A DNA stretch of 64,000 nucleotides from an uncultured Nitrososphaeraceae archaeon. GTDB taxonomy: Archaea; Thermoproteota; Nitrososphaeria; Nitrososphaerales; Nitrososphaeraceae. Below, piece by piece: positions 1 through 10,800 of this stretch; within the stretch, counting starts at the first letter, position 1; the number at the start of each line of letters is the position of its first letter. The notes under the pieces were generated by a model, which worked only from the letters and a program-made list of their open reading frames with translations, did not search any database and was not told the origin of the DNA. The position numbers were made by a program, and so were the translations under genes. The DNA lies in assembly GCA_963837175.1 (NCBI GenBank), contig CAWIMJ010000050.1:192001-256000 (forward strand), given 5' to 3'.

Positions 1-360
1 CTCGCTGAATGCTTGTCTGAGATTTCTGTATGTAGGTGTATATGCCTGTGTTCTAAGTCCCATGCTCTTAATCTGTCCATTGCAGACCGCATAGAAATAT
101 CAATTCTGTTTCCGCTAGCATCTTTATCTGCTCTACCTACCACCGTAGAAACCCATGTCATGCCTAGCCAATGAGCTAGGAATTCCTGTTCTACTTCTAT
201 CATTACTATCATCTGCGTTAAAAGCTCGCCACTCTGGTCTACTTTCTTGAATCTTATCCAGCATCACTATTCCGCAATTCCTACAAATCACCTCACCAGA
301 TTCGGGATCTGTGACCATCTCTCCATCATTACATATAGAACATATGAGTGAAGTTTGCAT
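1..360 (-). pseudogene. tfb: Transcription initiation factor IIB (TFB) paralog, 5' part, two frameshifts; runs off the window
   Basis: Zn ribbon CSIC..CRNCG and B-reader PEWRAF..RSRTG..ARHDMG, then a stop. TFB sequence resumes in other frames: STVVGRADKDASGNRIDISMRSAMDRLRAWD (shift near 150) and RTQAYTPTYRNLRQAFSE (shift near 55). Confidence 0.85.
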
Positions 361-674
361 TTTTCAGAAAGTACTTTATAGAAAATTAACTGTCATATAA
401 AGCTGATAGCATCAGATTATTTGAACATTTGGAATCGGATTATATAAATTCGATATAAAGCTCAAATAATCCCACTCATATATGATATAGTATTTAACGA
501 TCTATAAAATGTGCCATATGATTACATTGAATGAATTAATGACTTGATTAGATGGTGAACATATCCAAGAGCACCCGCAGCCGCCATAAATGAATATCAT
601 AAAGTTCCATTTTTGAAATTTACGAGTAGGCTATATTGACAAGGCTTATCTAATCTTATTCTATTATCTTTGCC

Positions 675-2126
675 ATGCCTTTCGAAAGCCTAGGTGAGTA
701 TGTTGAGGCACTAGATAAAAGTGGACAGCTAAAACGAGTAAAAAAAAGGGTAAGTCCGCATTTAGAAATTGCAGAAATTATGCGGAGACTAATGTATGCT
801 GGTAATCAACCAGCAGTATTATTTGAAGATGTGCAAGGATATGACATACCTGTTCTCGGTAACGCTTTCGGAACTATAACACGATTACAAACAGCGTTGG
901 AAATAGAAAACTTTCAAGAAATAGGTGAAAGAATTATGGACCTTACAAAATTGAAAATGCCTGCAGGAATGCTAAACAAACTCAGAATGCTACCAAAGCT
1001 GTCGGAGATAGCTCAATATGGTCCAAAAAGCGTAGAATCAGGACCAGTTATGGAAGTCACACAAACCGATAACATGAACCTAAATTCGATACCTATCCTA
1101 AAATCTTTTCCTGGCGATGCGGGCAGATTTATTACATTTGGATTAACGGTTACGAAGCATCCTGAAACAGGAATTCGAAATATTGGTGTGTATAGAATTC
1201 AGGTTATAAATGATATAAAAGCAATAATGCACTGGCAAATTCACAAGCGCGGAGCACAGCACTATGAAATATCGAAGGAGCAAATGAAAAGCATGGAAGT
1301 GGCGATAGTAATAGGCGCCGATCCAGCTACAATTTTCAGTGCAGTCGCGCCAGTCCCAGAAGGTATGGACAAGTTTCTATTTGCGGGTATAACTAGGAAG
1401 AGAGGAATACGACTTGTCAGATGTAAGAGTATTGACATGGAAGTTCCTGCAAATGCAGAAATTGTGCTGGAAGGATACATAGATCCAAACGATATTCGCA
1501 TGGAAGGTCCATTTGGAGATCATACAGGGTATTATACACCTCCAGAAGCCTATCCTACATTTACTCTTACTGGTATTATGCGAAGAAATAAGCCCATTTA
1601 TCTGACAACGGTTGTTGGCAAGCCTATTTTAGAGGACGCATATATAGGAAAAGTTATTGAGCGATCATTCTTGCCACTTATTCAGATGTTCCAGCCAGAG
1701 GTAGTAGATTTTTCTATGCCTCCAGCAGGATGGTTCCAAGGTCTTGCTGTGATTTCAATCAAGAAACGTTATCCTGGGCAAGCTCGAAAAGTTATGATGG
1801 GTTTATGGGGTATGGGTCAGCTATCTCTTACTAAGATATTTGCTGTTGTGGATCACGATATAAACGTGCATGACATGAACGAAGTCATATGGGCTATTAC
1901 CACAAGAGCAGATCCTAAGAGAGATACTATTATAATTGATAATACGCCAACTGATACTTTAGATCCAGCTTCTCCATTAGTTAACCTTGGTTCAAAGATG
2001 GGGATAGATGCAACCACAAAATGGAAAGAAGAAGGATATCTCAGAGAAATCCAGCAACTGGCTACAGTAGACGAGCAGACAAAGACAACTGTTGATAATA
2101 ACTGGAGAGAATACGGACTAACTTAA
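675..2126 (+). CDS. ubiD: UbiD-family (prFMN) decarboxylase, probably menaquinone (futalosine route) biosynthesis
   Basis: RNIGVYR, VPANAEIVLEG, EGPFGDHTGYY, VIWAITTRADP and SKMGIDAT motifs; 483 aa. Confidence 0.92.
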   Translation: MPFESLGEYVEALDKSGQLKRVKKRVSPHLEIAEIMRRLMYAGNQPAVLFEDVQGYDIPVLGNAFGTITRLQTALEIENFQEIGERIMDLTKLKMPAGMLNKLRMLPKLSEIAQYGPKSVESGPVMEVTQTDNMNLNSIPILKSFPGDAGRFITFGLTVTKHPETGIRNIGVYRIQVINDIKAIMHWQIHKRGAQHYEISKEQMKSMEVAIVIGADPATIFSAVAPVPEGMDKFLFAGITRKRGIRLVRCKSIDMEVPANAEIVLEGYIDPNDIRMEGPFGDHTGYYTPPEAYPTFTLTGIMRRNKPIYLTTVVGKPILEDAYIGKVIERSFLPLIQMFQPEVVDFSMPPAGWFQGLAVISIKKRYPGQARKVMMGLWGMGQLSLTKIFAVVDHDINVHDMNEVIWAITTRADPKRDTIIIDNTPTDTLDPASPLVNLGSKMGIDATTKWKEEGYLREIQQLATVDEQTKTTVDNNWREYGLT

Positions 2127-2334
2127 TTAGGTGATTTATATTATTTTGGCAGTTTGCTACATTCAGACTAACGATAAATTAGATTATGATAGATAGATAA
2201 GTATTATATCCTTAATAATCTGTATTTATGTGTAATGAATAGGACTAATAAAATGTATATATTTACATTTACATTAATAGTAAGACTTTAAATTATAAGA
2301 CTTTAAATAATGATTATTATTATTATATCTAACT

Positions 2335-2931
2335 ATGAACGACAGTCTAAACAAAGAATCCGTTCCAAAAATTGTCGCATTAGAAGTTCTTGAGAAAAAT
2401 GGAGTTAATATAGAAAAACTCAAGGAATCGATTACAAAAGGAGTCGGTGCAGAATTCACAACATACTACTATTATACTATACTAAGAATGCATTGTACAG
2501 GATTAGAAGGCGAAGGAATTAAGGAGATAGTAGAAGATGCAAGAATTGAAGATAGAAACCATTTTGAAGCCATGGTTCCGAGACTTTACGAATTGGGAGG
2601 TGGTTTACCTAGAGATATTAGGAAATTTGCAGACCAAGCGGGTTGTCCTGATGCCTATCTTCCAGATAATTGGGAAGACATTAAATCGATACTAAAAGTT
2701 TTGTTAGAGGCCGAGCAGTGTGCGATTAGATCGTGGGGAGAAGTATGTGATATGACTGCGGGAAAAGACCCACGGACATATGATATTGCACAAAGGATCA
2801 TGCAAGAAGAAGTTGAGCATGAAGCATGGTTTATTGAACTTCTATCCAAAAGACCTTCAGGCCACTTTAGAAGAAGATTTGTAGGTCAATCGCCCCATAC
2901 GGGATCACAAGGCAGTCTAATACATCTTTGA
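2335..2931 (+). CDS. dpsl: Dps-like (DPSL, thioferritin) antioxidant protein
   Basis: [47 protein letters not shown]: ferritin-like diiron ligands plus the DPSL Cys pair. Confidence 0.92.
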   Translation: MNDSLNKESVPKIVALEVLEKNGVNIEKLKESITKGVGAEFTTYYYYTILRMHCTGLEGEGIKEIVEDARIEDRNHFEAMVPRLYELGGGLPRDIRKFADQAGCPDAYLPDNWEDIKSILKVLLEAEQCAIRSWGEVCDMTAGKDPRTYDIAQRIMQEEVEHEAWFIELLSKRPSGHFRRRFVGQSPHTGSQGSLIHL

Positions 2932-2987
2932 GCAAAATACATAATTTATAAAAGGTTTTTTTCCTTTTCATTAATATCGATAGATTC

Positions 2988-3350
2988 ATGCTTTATCGAA
3001 TTTGTAGCAGTAATGATTTAAAGGATAACTCTATGATTGTTTTCAACATTAACGGGAGTGATGTGCTTGTAGGAAGGAGAAATGGAAAATTATTTTCATG
3101 CAATAATTCATGTCCACATAGGGGAGCATCTCTTTCAAAAGGGTACTTCAATGGTGATAATATTGTTTGCTATATGCACGGATACGAATACAATGTATTT
3201 ACAGGAAAGTTAGCACACATGAAATCATGGAAAAAAGATGAATCATGGATGGAGCAAAGCTTTGAATGGAGAAAATCAAATGATTTGACTTTATATCCAA
3301 TAATAGAAAAAGATGGAATAATCTATTTAGAATTCACACAAGGCAATTGA
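2988..3350 (+). CDS. Rieske [2Fe-2S] ferredoxin
   Basis: CPHRG..CYMHG Rieske motifs; 120 aa. Confidence 0.92.
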   Translation: MLYRICSSNDLKDNSMIVFNINGSDVLVGRRNGKLFSCNNSCPHRGASLSKGYFNGDNIVCYMHGYEYNVFTGKLAHMKSWKKDESWMEQSFEWRKSNDLTLYPIIEKDGIIYLEFTQGN

Positions 3351-4294
3351 TAGCCTGTCTCCTAAAAAGCTGGAAAGACAACTTCAATAATTCTTGAACG
3401 TTTATTAACAATATATATTGTTGAACACAGTAAAACATTACCATTTTTCCTCAAAAACAATATAGCCTATAAACTATCAACATAGTTGAAGGCGGTCTCG
3501 TGACAACACTCAACACTTAACTTTTATTGATGTTTAAAGATAGATAACACAGACGGACCGAATTGGTCGAGATTTTTGAACCCATTTGAGCCTAAGTGGT
3601 TCCTTTTGAAACCACCACAACTCTGCCCGTTATGTATTAGTTCATATCCAAATATCCATTCATTACGTTACAATCATTAAAAATGAATTTAATATATTTA
3701 CTTATTTGACCTATGATATAATTTATCATACTATAACTTCACATTAATAGCTGGCTCTGTATTCATGCATGCATCTCCTTAAATAAGGATAATGCTGGCA
3801 AATCATCCTTACTGCATTATAAATCCATTATCTTTATCATTTGTTGTGGCAGTAATCTTTTCAATAACCTAGAAAATAGATGCTCATACACGAAAACTAA
3901 GTATATTTGTTATAATGTATGGGCGACATTTATAATAAGATGAATCTCGCTCCAGCTCATTGAGGTTGTATTTCATAGACTTCGTTAAAGTTTGTTGTAG
4001 ATTATTTGTATTATTCTTCTTCTTATGTAGGAAGCACGTAAGGCAAGTTACTAGGTTTTGAGAAAGTTAGTAGAATAATAAAGATGCCTATCTATAAACT
4101 TCTAATTAGATGTTCAGATATTTGATAATCTTTATGCTTACTAACTAATAGTTCAAATGTCATTTACTTCCAATAAAACCTTTATTTTAAAAATGAAGTA
4201 TTTGTGGACAAGCTGGGCAAATTACATGCAGCAAAGAATGGTGTTTTTTTCATATTAGCATTAGACTTAAGCTCCTGTATTAATATGGAAAAAG

Positions 4295-4798
4295 TTAGAG
4301 ATAGCTTGTTTCTTTATAATTCACTAATCCTCCAGATTCAACTATCTTGGCAATCAAAGGAGGAAATGCCTTCATGACGTAAGTCTCATTTTTTGATAAA
4401 TTAGTAATTCTATTCTGACTAATATCAATATCGAGATAATCATTATCTGCAATTCTCTTGATTATTTCTTCTTCAACCTCTATAGGTAGTAAGTAACCAC
4501 CATCTACAGCATTTCTATAAAATATCCTTGCAAAAGATGGTGCCAAAATTGCCTTTATACCAGTGCCGGAAAGAGCAATCGGTGCATGCTCTCTACTAGA
4601 ACCACAACCAAAATTACTGCCGCAAACGAGAAAATCCCCATTTGATACTTTCTCAGGGAATTTGGAGTCTATTCCTTCCATAGCATGTTTGGCCAATTCT
4701 TTGTGATCATGGATTTTAAGATAAGGACCAGGAATAATGACGTCTGTATCTATATTTGCTCTGTCATATTTATGAACTATTCCTCTCATAGTAATCAA
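4295..4798 (-). CDS. hacB: Homoaconitase / 3-isopropylmalate dehydratase small subunit
   Basis: NIDTDVIIP, NFGCGSSREHA, SFARIFYRNA. The specificity loop PGPYLKI is basic (HacB-like). Confidence 0.85.
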   Translation of the reverse strand: MITMRGIVHKYDRANIDTDVIIPGPYLKIHDHKELAKHAMEGIDSKFPEKVSNGDFLVCGSNFGCGSSREHAPIALSGTGIKAILAPSFARIFYRNAVDGGYLLPIEVEEEIIKRIADNDYLDIDISQNRITNLSKNETYVMKAFPPLIAKIVESGGLVNYKETSYL

Positions 4799-6075
4799 TT
4801 CCTCGCATCACGTGGATCTGTAATTTTACCTGTTATCGCTGATGCTGCTACTACAAGTGGCGATGCAAGATATGTTTTTGATTCTACATTTCCCATTCTT
4901 CCTGGAAAGTTTCGGTTCGTTGTACTCACACATATTTCATCCTTACCTAATACTCCCATGTGAGCTCCACAACATGCTCCACAAGTTGGCGGTCCAATAA
5001 CAGCTCCTGCTTCCATGAAAATACTAATTAATCCCTCTTTTATGGCTTTCATATAAATTGATTGAGCTGCTGGCAGTACTTCAGTTCTTACTTTTACTTT
5101 CTTACCTTTAAGCAATTTAGCTGCCAATCGAAGGTCTTCAAGTTTTGCGCCTGTACATGATCCTATGTATGCCTTGTCTATTTCGGTACCTTGCAATTCT
5201 CTTGCGACGCTGATATTTCCAGGAGAAAATGGCTTTGCTACAATTGGTTCTAATTTGTCAATCTCGTAAGTATATAGCTCAGAAAACTCTGCATCAGAAT
5301 CTCCCAGTATTGCAAAATAAGAAGAATCTGTTCTCTCACGAATGTATTCATCGGTTATTGAATCAGGCTCAATAATGCCATTCTTGGCGCCGGCTTCTGT
5401 GGTCATATTAGTGAGCGTTAGACGCTCTTCCATTCCTAGCTGTCTTATTACCTCCCCGGAAAACTGCATTGTCTTATAATTCGCACCATCCGTTCCAATA
5501 TCACCTATTATCTTTAGTATGATGTCCTTAGCCATTATGTATTCAGGTTTTTTCCCTGTTAATTTGAACATCATAGTCTGTGGTATTTTAAACCAAATTT
5601 GTCCGTTCATTAGAACATATGCAATATCTGTATGACCTAAACCAGCAGCAAATGCTCCCATTGCTCCTGTAGTATTTGTATGGGAATCTCCTCCCACATA
5701 AACCTCCCCGGGCAGCACCATTGCTTCTTCGTGTGAGAGAGTATGACAAATGCCATACTGTCCTAAGCCGTATTTAAAATGCTTTTTTATTCCAAATTTC
5801 TCACTCCAATTAGAAAGTTCGAGAAGATTTTCAGCAGAAATTCTGTCCGGAGGAGGAACGAAATGATCTTCTGTTATCCAGACTCTGTCAGGATCCCAAA
5901 TGCGCTCAAGTTTTTTTCCCATTTTTTCCCACTGACTGAATACTTTTATAACTCCAGGACCTGAAACATCATGCAACATGACTTTATCTATTTTAGCAAA
6001 AACTACATCGCCTGGCGAGATATGATCTTTTCCCGCCGCTCGTGCAATAATCTTTTCAGTAATTGTCATACCCAA
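4795..6075 (-). CDS. hacA: Homoaconitase / 3-isopropylmalate dehydratase large subunit
   Basis: GICH, GDSHT, IGSCT, CGACCG, STTNRNFPGRMG; 4-nt overlap with the small subunit. Confidence 0.88.
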   Translation of the reverse strand: MGMTITEKIIARAAGKDHISPGDVVFAKIDKVMLHDVSGPGVIKVFSQWEKMGKKLERIWDPDRVWITEDHFVPPPDRISAENLLELSNWSEKFGIKKHFKYGLGQYGICHTLSHEEAMVLPGEVYVGGDSHTNTTGAMGAFAAGLGHTDIAYVLMNGQIWFKIPQTMMFKLTGKKPEYIMAKDIILKIIGDIGTDGANYKTMQFSGEVIRQLGMEERLTLTNMTTEAGAKNGIIEPDSITDEYIRERTDSSYFAILGDSDAEFSELYTYEIDKLEPIVAKPFSPGNISVARELQGTEIDKAYIGSCTGAKLEDLRLAAKLLKGKKVKVRTEVLPAAQSIYMKAIKEGLISIFMEAGAVIGPPTCGACCGAHMGVLGKDEICVSTTNRNFPGRMGNVESKTYLASPLVVAASAITGKITDPRDARN

Positions 6076-6169
6076 AACTGATCCCTACATCTATGAATCG
6101 AGTCAAATCACAGATTAATACTTTATGTGTGAAGTAAAACACAAGAGTGTGTGATGAATATTAGATTTA

Positions 6170-6916
6170 TTGGAAATTCTACCTTTATCATTATCATTAA
6201 AGACAGGCAAATTCAATCTTTTTAAAAGCCTCAACTCTCCAAACTTTAAATTCAGAGATAATGACATTCTTATAATTTCAAGCAAGTATGTCTCTATGAG
6301 TGAAGGCTCTATAAGAAGGCTAGATAGTGTCAAGGTAACCGGAAGAGCACTAGAACTTGCATCTAAATATCATATGAATGCAAAGCTTGTCGAGCTTGTT
6401 ATCCGTGAATCTGATTATATATTAAAAGGCATACCTGGCTTTTTGCTTGCAATCAAAGAAGGGATTATAGCCCCAAATGCGGGTATTGACAAGTCAAATA
6501 TACCTTCAGGATTTGTGATTTTGTATCCTCGCCAACCTTTTAAAACAGCAGAAAATTTGCGCCAAAAATTCTTTCTACATTTGGACATTAAAGTTATGGT
6601 TATTATTGCAGATAGCCGATTAATGCCAACTAGAATTGGCACTACAGGTATTGCAATAGCGTGTGCAGGTTTCGAACCTGTTGAAGATCAGAGAGGGAAG
6701 GTGGATTTATTTGGAAATGTCCTTAAGGTAACTCTTAAGGCAGTCGCAGACAGCCTTGCAACGATCGGTGTTTCAGTAATGGGCGAAAGCAATGAATCCA
6801 TACCTGCCATAATTATACGAAATACAAAAGTAATTGCTACAGATAGGAAACTTTCATGGCATGATATGGCAGTAGATGCTGTAGAAGACATCTATATCAG
6901 GGGTATGCAATATTAA
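6170..6916 (+). CDS. cofE: Coenzyme F420-0:L-glutamate ligase
   Basis: ISSKYVSMSEG, PNAGIDKSN, IIADS, DQRGKVDLFG, MGESNESIP motifs. Confidence 0.88.
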   Translation: MEILPLSLSLKTGKFNLFKSLNSPNFKFRDNDILIISSKYVSMSEGSIRRLDSVKVTGRALELASKYHMNAKLVELVIRESDYILKGIPGFLLAIKEGIIAPNAGIDKSNIPSGFVILYPRQPFKTAENLRQKFFLHLDIKVMVIIADSRLMPTRIGTTGIAIACAGFEPVEDQRGKVDLFGNVLKVTLKAVADSLATIGVSVMGESNESIPAIIIRNTKVIATDRKLSWHDMAVDAVEDIYIRGMQY

Positions 6917-6978
6917 AATTGATTTTATAATATAACAGAATTAGTTATTTAGACATACAGTTTTAATAATGCTATTTA

Positions 6979-7572
6979 GTGAACAAGATTGCCAGAAAAT
7001 ATATGTCCGAGTTCTTGACTAGCTATCCTAGACGCATAAGTGTTGTAAAAGGATTGCATGATTTTATACGTCATGAAGAAATTGAATTAGACCATTTAAG
7101 TTTAATGGTGAAGATAAAGAAAGAGGAGATAACCAAAACTCTCATCACAGAGGGATTTCGACGAGTCAAATTTGAGAACAAAAAGCCAATGCAGATCGGT
7201 AGTGGCTTTACAAAGAGACTTAGCAAGCCATGGGAAATGCATGTGCGATTGTTGGATTTGCAGCAGGGTTTGATCGCAATACAAGCGGAGGTAGAAGTTT
7301 CCCGTAAATACATACAACATATTAGATCCGTAAGAGCTCCGGTGATATATGAATTAGAATCGATATTGACCAAACATAGCATTGAATATAAAATATGGAA
7401 TGCCAAGGTAAGGGACTATATATCTAATATCATTGATAACCACCAGATAAAACTTAATGCTCCGACGTTACCTGCCATGCCATGGAAACCTATGATCGGT
7501 TTTGGACTAAGTTTGGCTATAATTTATGCATTAAAATTTGTTGGCATTTTGAAAAATACACAGCTCCTATGA
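6979..7572 (+). CDS. Hypothetical protein with a C-terminal TM helix
   Basis: 197-aa ORF; PWEMHVRL..EVEVSRKYIQH core; hydrophobic C-terminus. Confidence 0.7.
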   Translation: MNKIARKYMSEFLTSYPRRISVVKGLHDFIRHEEIELDHLSLMVKIKKEEITKTLITEGFRRVKFENKKPMQIGSGFTKRLSKPWEMHVRLLDLQQGLIAIQAEVEVSRKYIQHIRSVRAPVIYELESILTKHSIEYKIWNAKVRDYISNIIDNHQIKLNAPTLPAMPWKPMIGFGLSLAIIYALKFVGILKNTQLL

Positions 7573-8502
7573 CCATTATATTTAGAGATAGATATTCATG
7601 GGTCTGAGTATTACCGAGTTGGAATGGAATTTGCAATAAAAATTTCTATAAATATATTAAAAGATATATTATTTTTAGATTTATATGACATATTGCTCAA
7701 AAGCTTCTTTAATTAACAACAGTCAGTAGAAGTAGCCAATCTGAAGATGGTGCGTTTAGTGGATTGTCATGATTGATGTCATCACAACAATTATAGTTCT
7801 ATTCTATTTTGGCCATCGTACATTTATTTTGCCTAGGTACATCAAATTAGTGTCATTAACAATGTAAGAAGACCTTATACTATGAATTATAAGTTAGAAT
7901 TATCCGCATGATTATTATTTATTCTTAGTCCTATCATGTTACTTTTTCTGTAAGTGTATATTATATTTATTGTTACTCTCATCTTTCTAAGCGGGTCAAC
8001 TACAATTCTACATTTTATCCTAATATTGAATGTTTGTAAAGAAAGATTATCGTAGCTATGGTAAGCGAAATGTTCGATATATCTAATAGTTTAAAGTGAC
8101 TGCAGTAACTGCAAAGTGGCTGCAGGCAGGACTGTCAAGGATATTCAGAGGAAATTCTTAAAAAGTAAAATATAACAGTAGTAATGTAATTGTCGTTGCC
8201 AATCTTCAACAAGGGATTTGATCTTCTCCGTACTTCGAAAAAGCTTGACGAATAGGCAAGCTTCAGAAGGTGCAATAATTTCATTACAATATGAGGATAA
8301 TTTGTTCTTTATGGAAAAAATTTGGGTATAAATATTATTATCAAAGCTACTCTTATCCAATTGGTCAACAGCTTTTTCATTAATTAAAAAAATTATAGCA
8401 ATCATGCAAAAAAGGCTCCATAAACGTATGAAGTTCTATGAAAACGGGAAGGAATAAAGGGTAGACGTCAGAGCTAATATTTCAAACCATCTTTAAACAA
8501 TA

Positions 8503-9099
8503 CTAAATATGTTGAAGTATCCAACCTGCCGGTAAAAGCTTGTGTTTAATTTTCTCATCTCCTATCGAAGTTGCATATCTCCAAACTTCTACCTTTTCAT
8601 TAACAGAAGAAAATTGGGCCTTTATCTTCGTTAAAGCTTTGATTTCTTCGTGTAGACTATTCCTGTCATATGGGGAAGAGAATTTGTGACAGAATTGACA
8701 TTTGTTATCTAATTTAACTGTTTTATTATTCTCTTCGAGGATAGGATAAGCACGGCATGCTAATGGACGATTCTCATATATTTTGCATCTAAATCCGCCA
8801 TGAGGTGACTTCTGTGGGTTATCCATTTCTAGAAAAGGACATAGGTTACCATCAACATTCTTACCCATCATTTGATAAGCAACTATTCTTTTTGGGCCAT
8901 CGCCTTTACGATTCTTGCCGATTCCTAACCTGGGAATTATATTAACTTTCACCTCTGTAATTCTTATTTGATCCATAATTCTAGATTTCTCTTCGGGAAG
9001 GATTAAAACTCCAATCTTGCCATATTCTAGCGAGGGATAGTACTCTCGATAAATACAACAATCAGAACAAGTCTCAATACAAGAAAACTTTCTAAGCAT
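8503..9099 (-). CDS. YkgJ-family (CxxxCxxCC) Fe-S/Zn cluster protein
   Basis: CIETCSDCC..CPFL..CKIYENRPLACRAYP. Confidence 0.85.
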   Translation of the reverse strand: MLRKFSCIETCSDCCIYREYYPSLEYGKIGVLILPEEKSRIMDQIRITEVKVNIIPRLGIGKNRKGDGPKRIVAYQMMGKNVDGNLCPFLEMDNPQKSPHGGFRCKIYENRPLACRAYPILEENNKTVKLDNKCQFCHKFSSPYDRNSLHEEIKALTKIKAQFSSVNEKVEVWRYATSIGDEKIKHKLLPAGWILQHI

Positions 9100-9673
9100 T
9101 AGAAACCAGTGCTGATTGAATACCTTTATGCTCGATGCTATCTGATGCTAGATCAAAATATTGCAAAAATTTAATATCATAAACAGATTTTGATCTTTTT
9201 AATAATTCAAGACTAAATCCATTGTCTGCTTTCCCTTTATTTTTGTTTTCTTTATAGATGGCAAAACGCAAAACAACCTGCTTCTCATAGCCACGCTTGA
9301 ATCTGTTGTAATTTTCTGATCTGTGAAAATCCTTTACAAAACCGATGTTTTCACCTTTATTATTGGAACTCACATAAAGAATAAACCAATACTTGTCATT
9401 GTATTCAACGAATCTGAGCTTAATTTCATCATCAGGCCACCATTCTATTGTTTTCTTCCATAATTTGAATGCATATCTTTTGTCCTTGAATAAAGGCAAA
9501 ACATTCATGTATATGTCATGATAACGATATCCAACACCGATAATGTTGTTGAACCATAATATAGGCTGGTTTATTTCATCTGAATTTGAAGAAAGTATTC
9601 CATCATTATTCAATTTTCGGTTGAATCTAGTATTTAGAACAATAAGATGATTATAAAGATGTACCGATTTCAA
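9092..9673 (-). CDS. Hypothetical protein
   Basis: 193-aa ORF overlapping the YkgJ gene by 8 nt, suggesting an operon. Confidence 0.65.
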   Translation of the reverse strand: MKSVHLYNHLIVLNTRFNRKLNNDGILSSNSDEINQPILWFNNIIGVGYRYHDIYMNVLPLFKDKRYAFKLWKKTIEWWPDDEIKLRFVEYNDKYWFILYVSSNNKGENIGFVKDFHRSENYNRFKRGYEKQVVLRFAIYKENKNKGKADNGFSLELLKRSKSVYDIKFLQYFDLASDSIEHKGIQSALVSNA

Positions 9674-10291
9674 GAAAACTCTAACTATGTCTTATACTGA
9701 TCTATACTATCCTCTGCTGATTATCTAAAAATATATAATGATTTCATTACATGAATTTTTTGATAGATCTCTATCTCGTCTTGCATGATTCTTCTTCCTA
9801 TTCATAAGCAAACTGTGTTTTAGAAACGATTTTGATTATGGTTTCTATTTCAGGAAGAGATAACGAAGGTAATTATATTTTTACAACAATTTGTGGTTGG
9901 TATAAATAAATAAGCAATTAGCACAGAGGCATACCGTTATCTACTCACTTTATTCATTCAGCTAATTTTCTTCATCGCCATTAATCGCAGAAAAATTATT
10001 TATATTAAATTTTAGATGAAGTTCAACTATGCTTTCTCAAATTAGCAAGCATTATAGGTTTAATGAAAATGATGTAATCACGCATTAGGTATTCTAATAT
10101 TTTTCTAAAGAAAATTCTATTATGGACTGCTAACTTTTATTTGTTCTTTAATTTCTGTTTTCCTGCCTGCTCCTAATCATTTTTACAGTTTTAGTAAATA
10201 AGTGCTAACATGAACTTACGTAAGGTTATGAATTAGAAGGAAGGTAGTATATGAGCTTGGTATATCATCAAAGTAATAATGAGCATTGAAG

Positions 10292-10465
10292 TTACGCTTC
10301 TCTCTCTACGGCTTCTATATGACATTCATGTCCCCGATGTTCTTTATCTACCATCATGGCTTCTTGATTGGATATAGGGAATCGTTCTTGATCAAGATAT
10401 GACTTTCCTTCTTTTTCCAGAATAACTTTCTTACAACTATCACAGATTAGCTGCAATACTATCAT
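10292..10465 (-). CDS. Small putative Zn-binding protein (57 aa, below the ORF-track cutoff)
   Basis: Hand translation: MIVLQLICDSCKKVILEKEGKSYLDQERFPISNQEAMMVDKEHRGHECHIEAVEREA*; CxxC..HxxHxCH. Confidence 0.75.
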   Translation of the reverse strand: MIVLQLICDSCKKVILEKEGKSYLDQERFPISNQEAMMVDKEHRGHECHIEAVEREA

Positions 10466-10769
10466 TTTTTATACAATAGGTCTAACAATATATATAGATA
10501 AGATTACTGTTAAATAGACGAATTAAGACAATAGCGCTAACCGACGAATATTCACGTCATGTACTGCCGTTTCTATTTGATTTTCCAGAACATTTAGCCG
10601 AGATAAATGGAGTCATACTGTTCAAGCAATACCTTATTAATCTATAAGTCTTGTTACTATACCATTAGAAGAAAATTTTGAATAATTTTTAACTTAATTT
10701 GAGACAAGTGCTGCCTATTTCTATATCTTTAAAAATTGTTTGTATTTCTTCTATCAGATACACCAAAAA

Positions 10770-10800
10770 TAATTTATTTTTCGCAGCGAAAAATAAATTA
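10770..10800. repeat. Perfect 31-bp palindrome (15-1-15)
   Basis: TAATTTATTTTTCGC-A-GCGAAAAATAAATTA, intergenic. Confidence 0.9.

Noticed and set aside
3495-3660. GGTCTCGTGACAACACTC as a possible IS/MITE end
   Set aside because: No matching inverted end or convincing transposase fragment was found.
8145-8405. 86-aa minus-strand ORF
   Set aside because: No recognisable motif; possibly a decayed gene, but unsupported.
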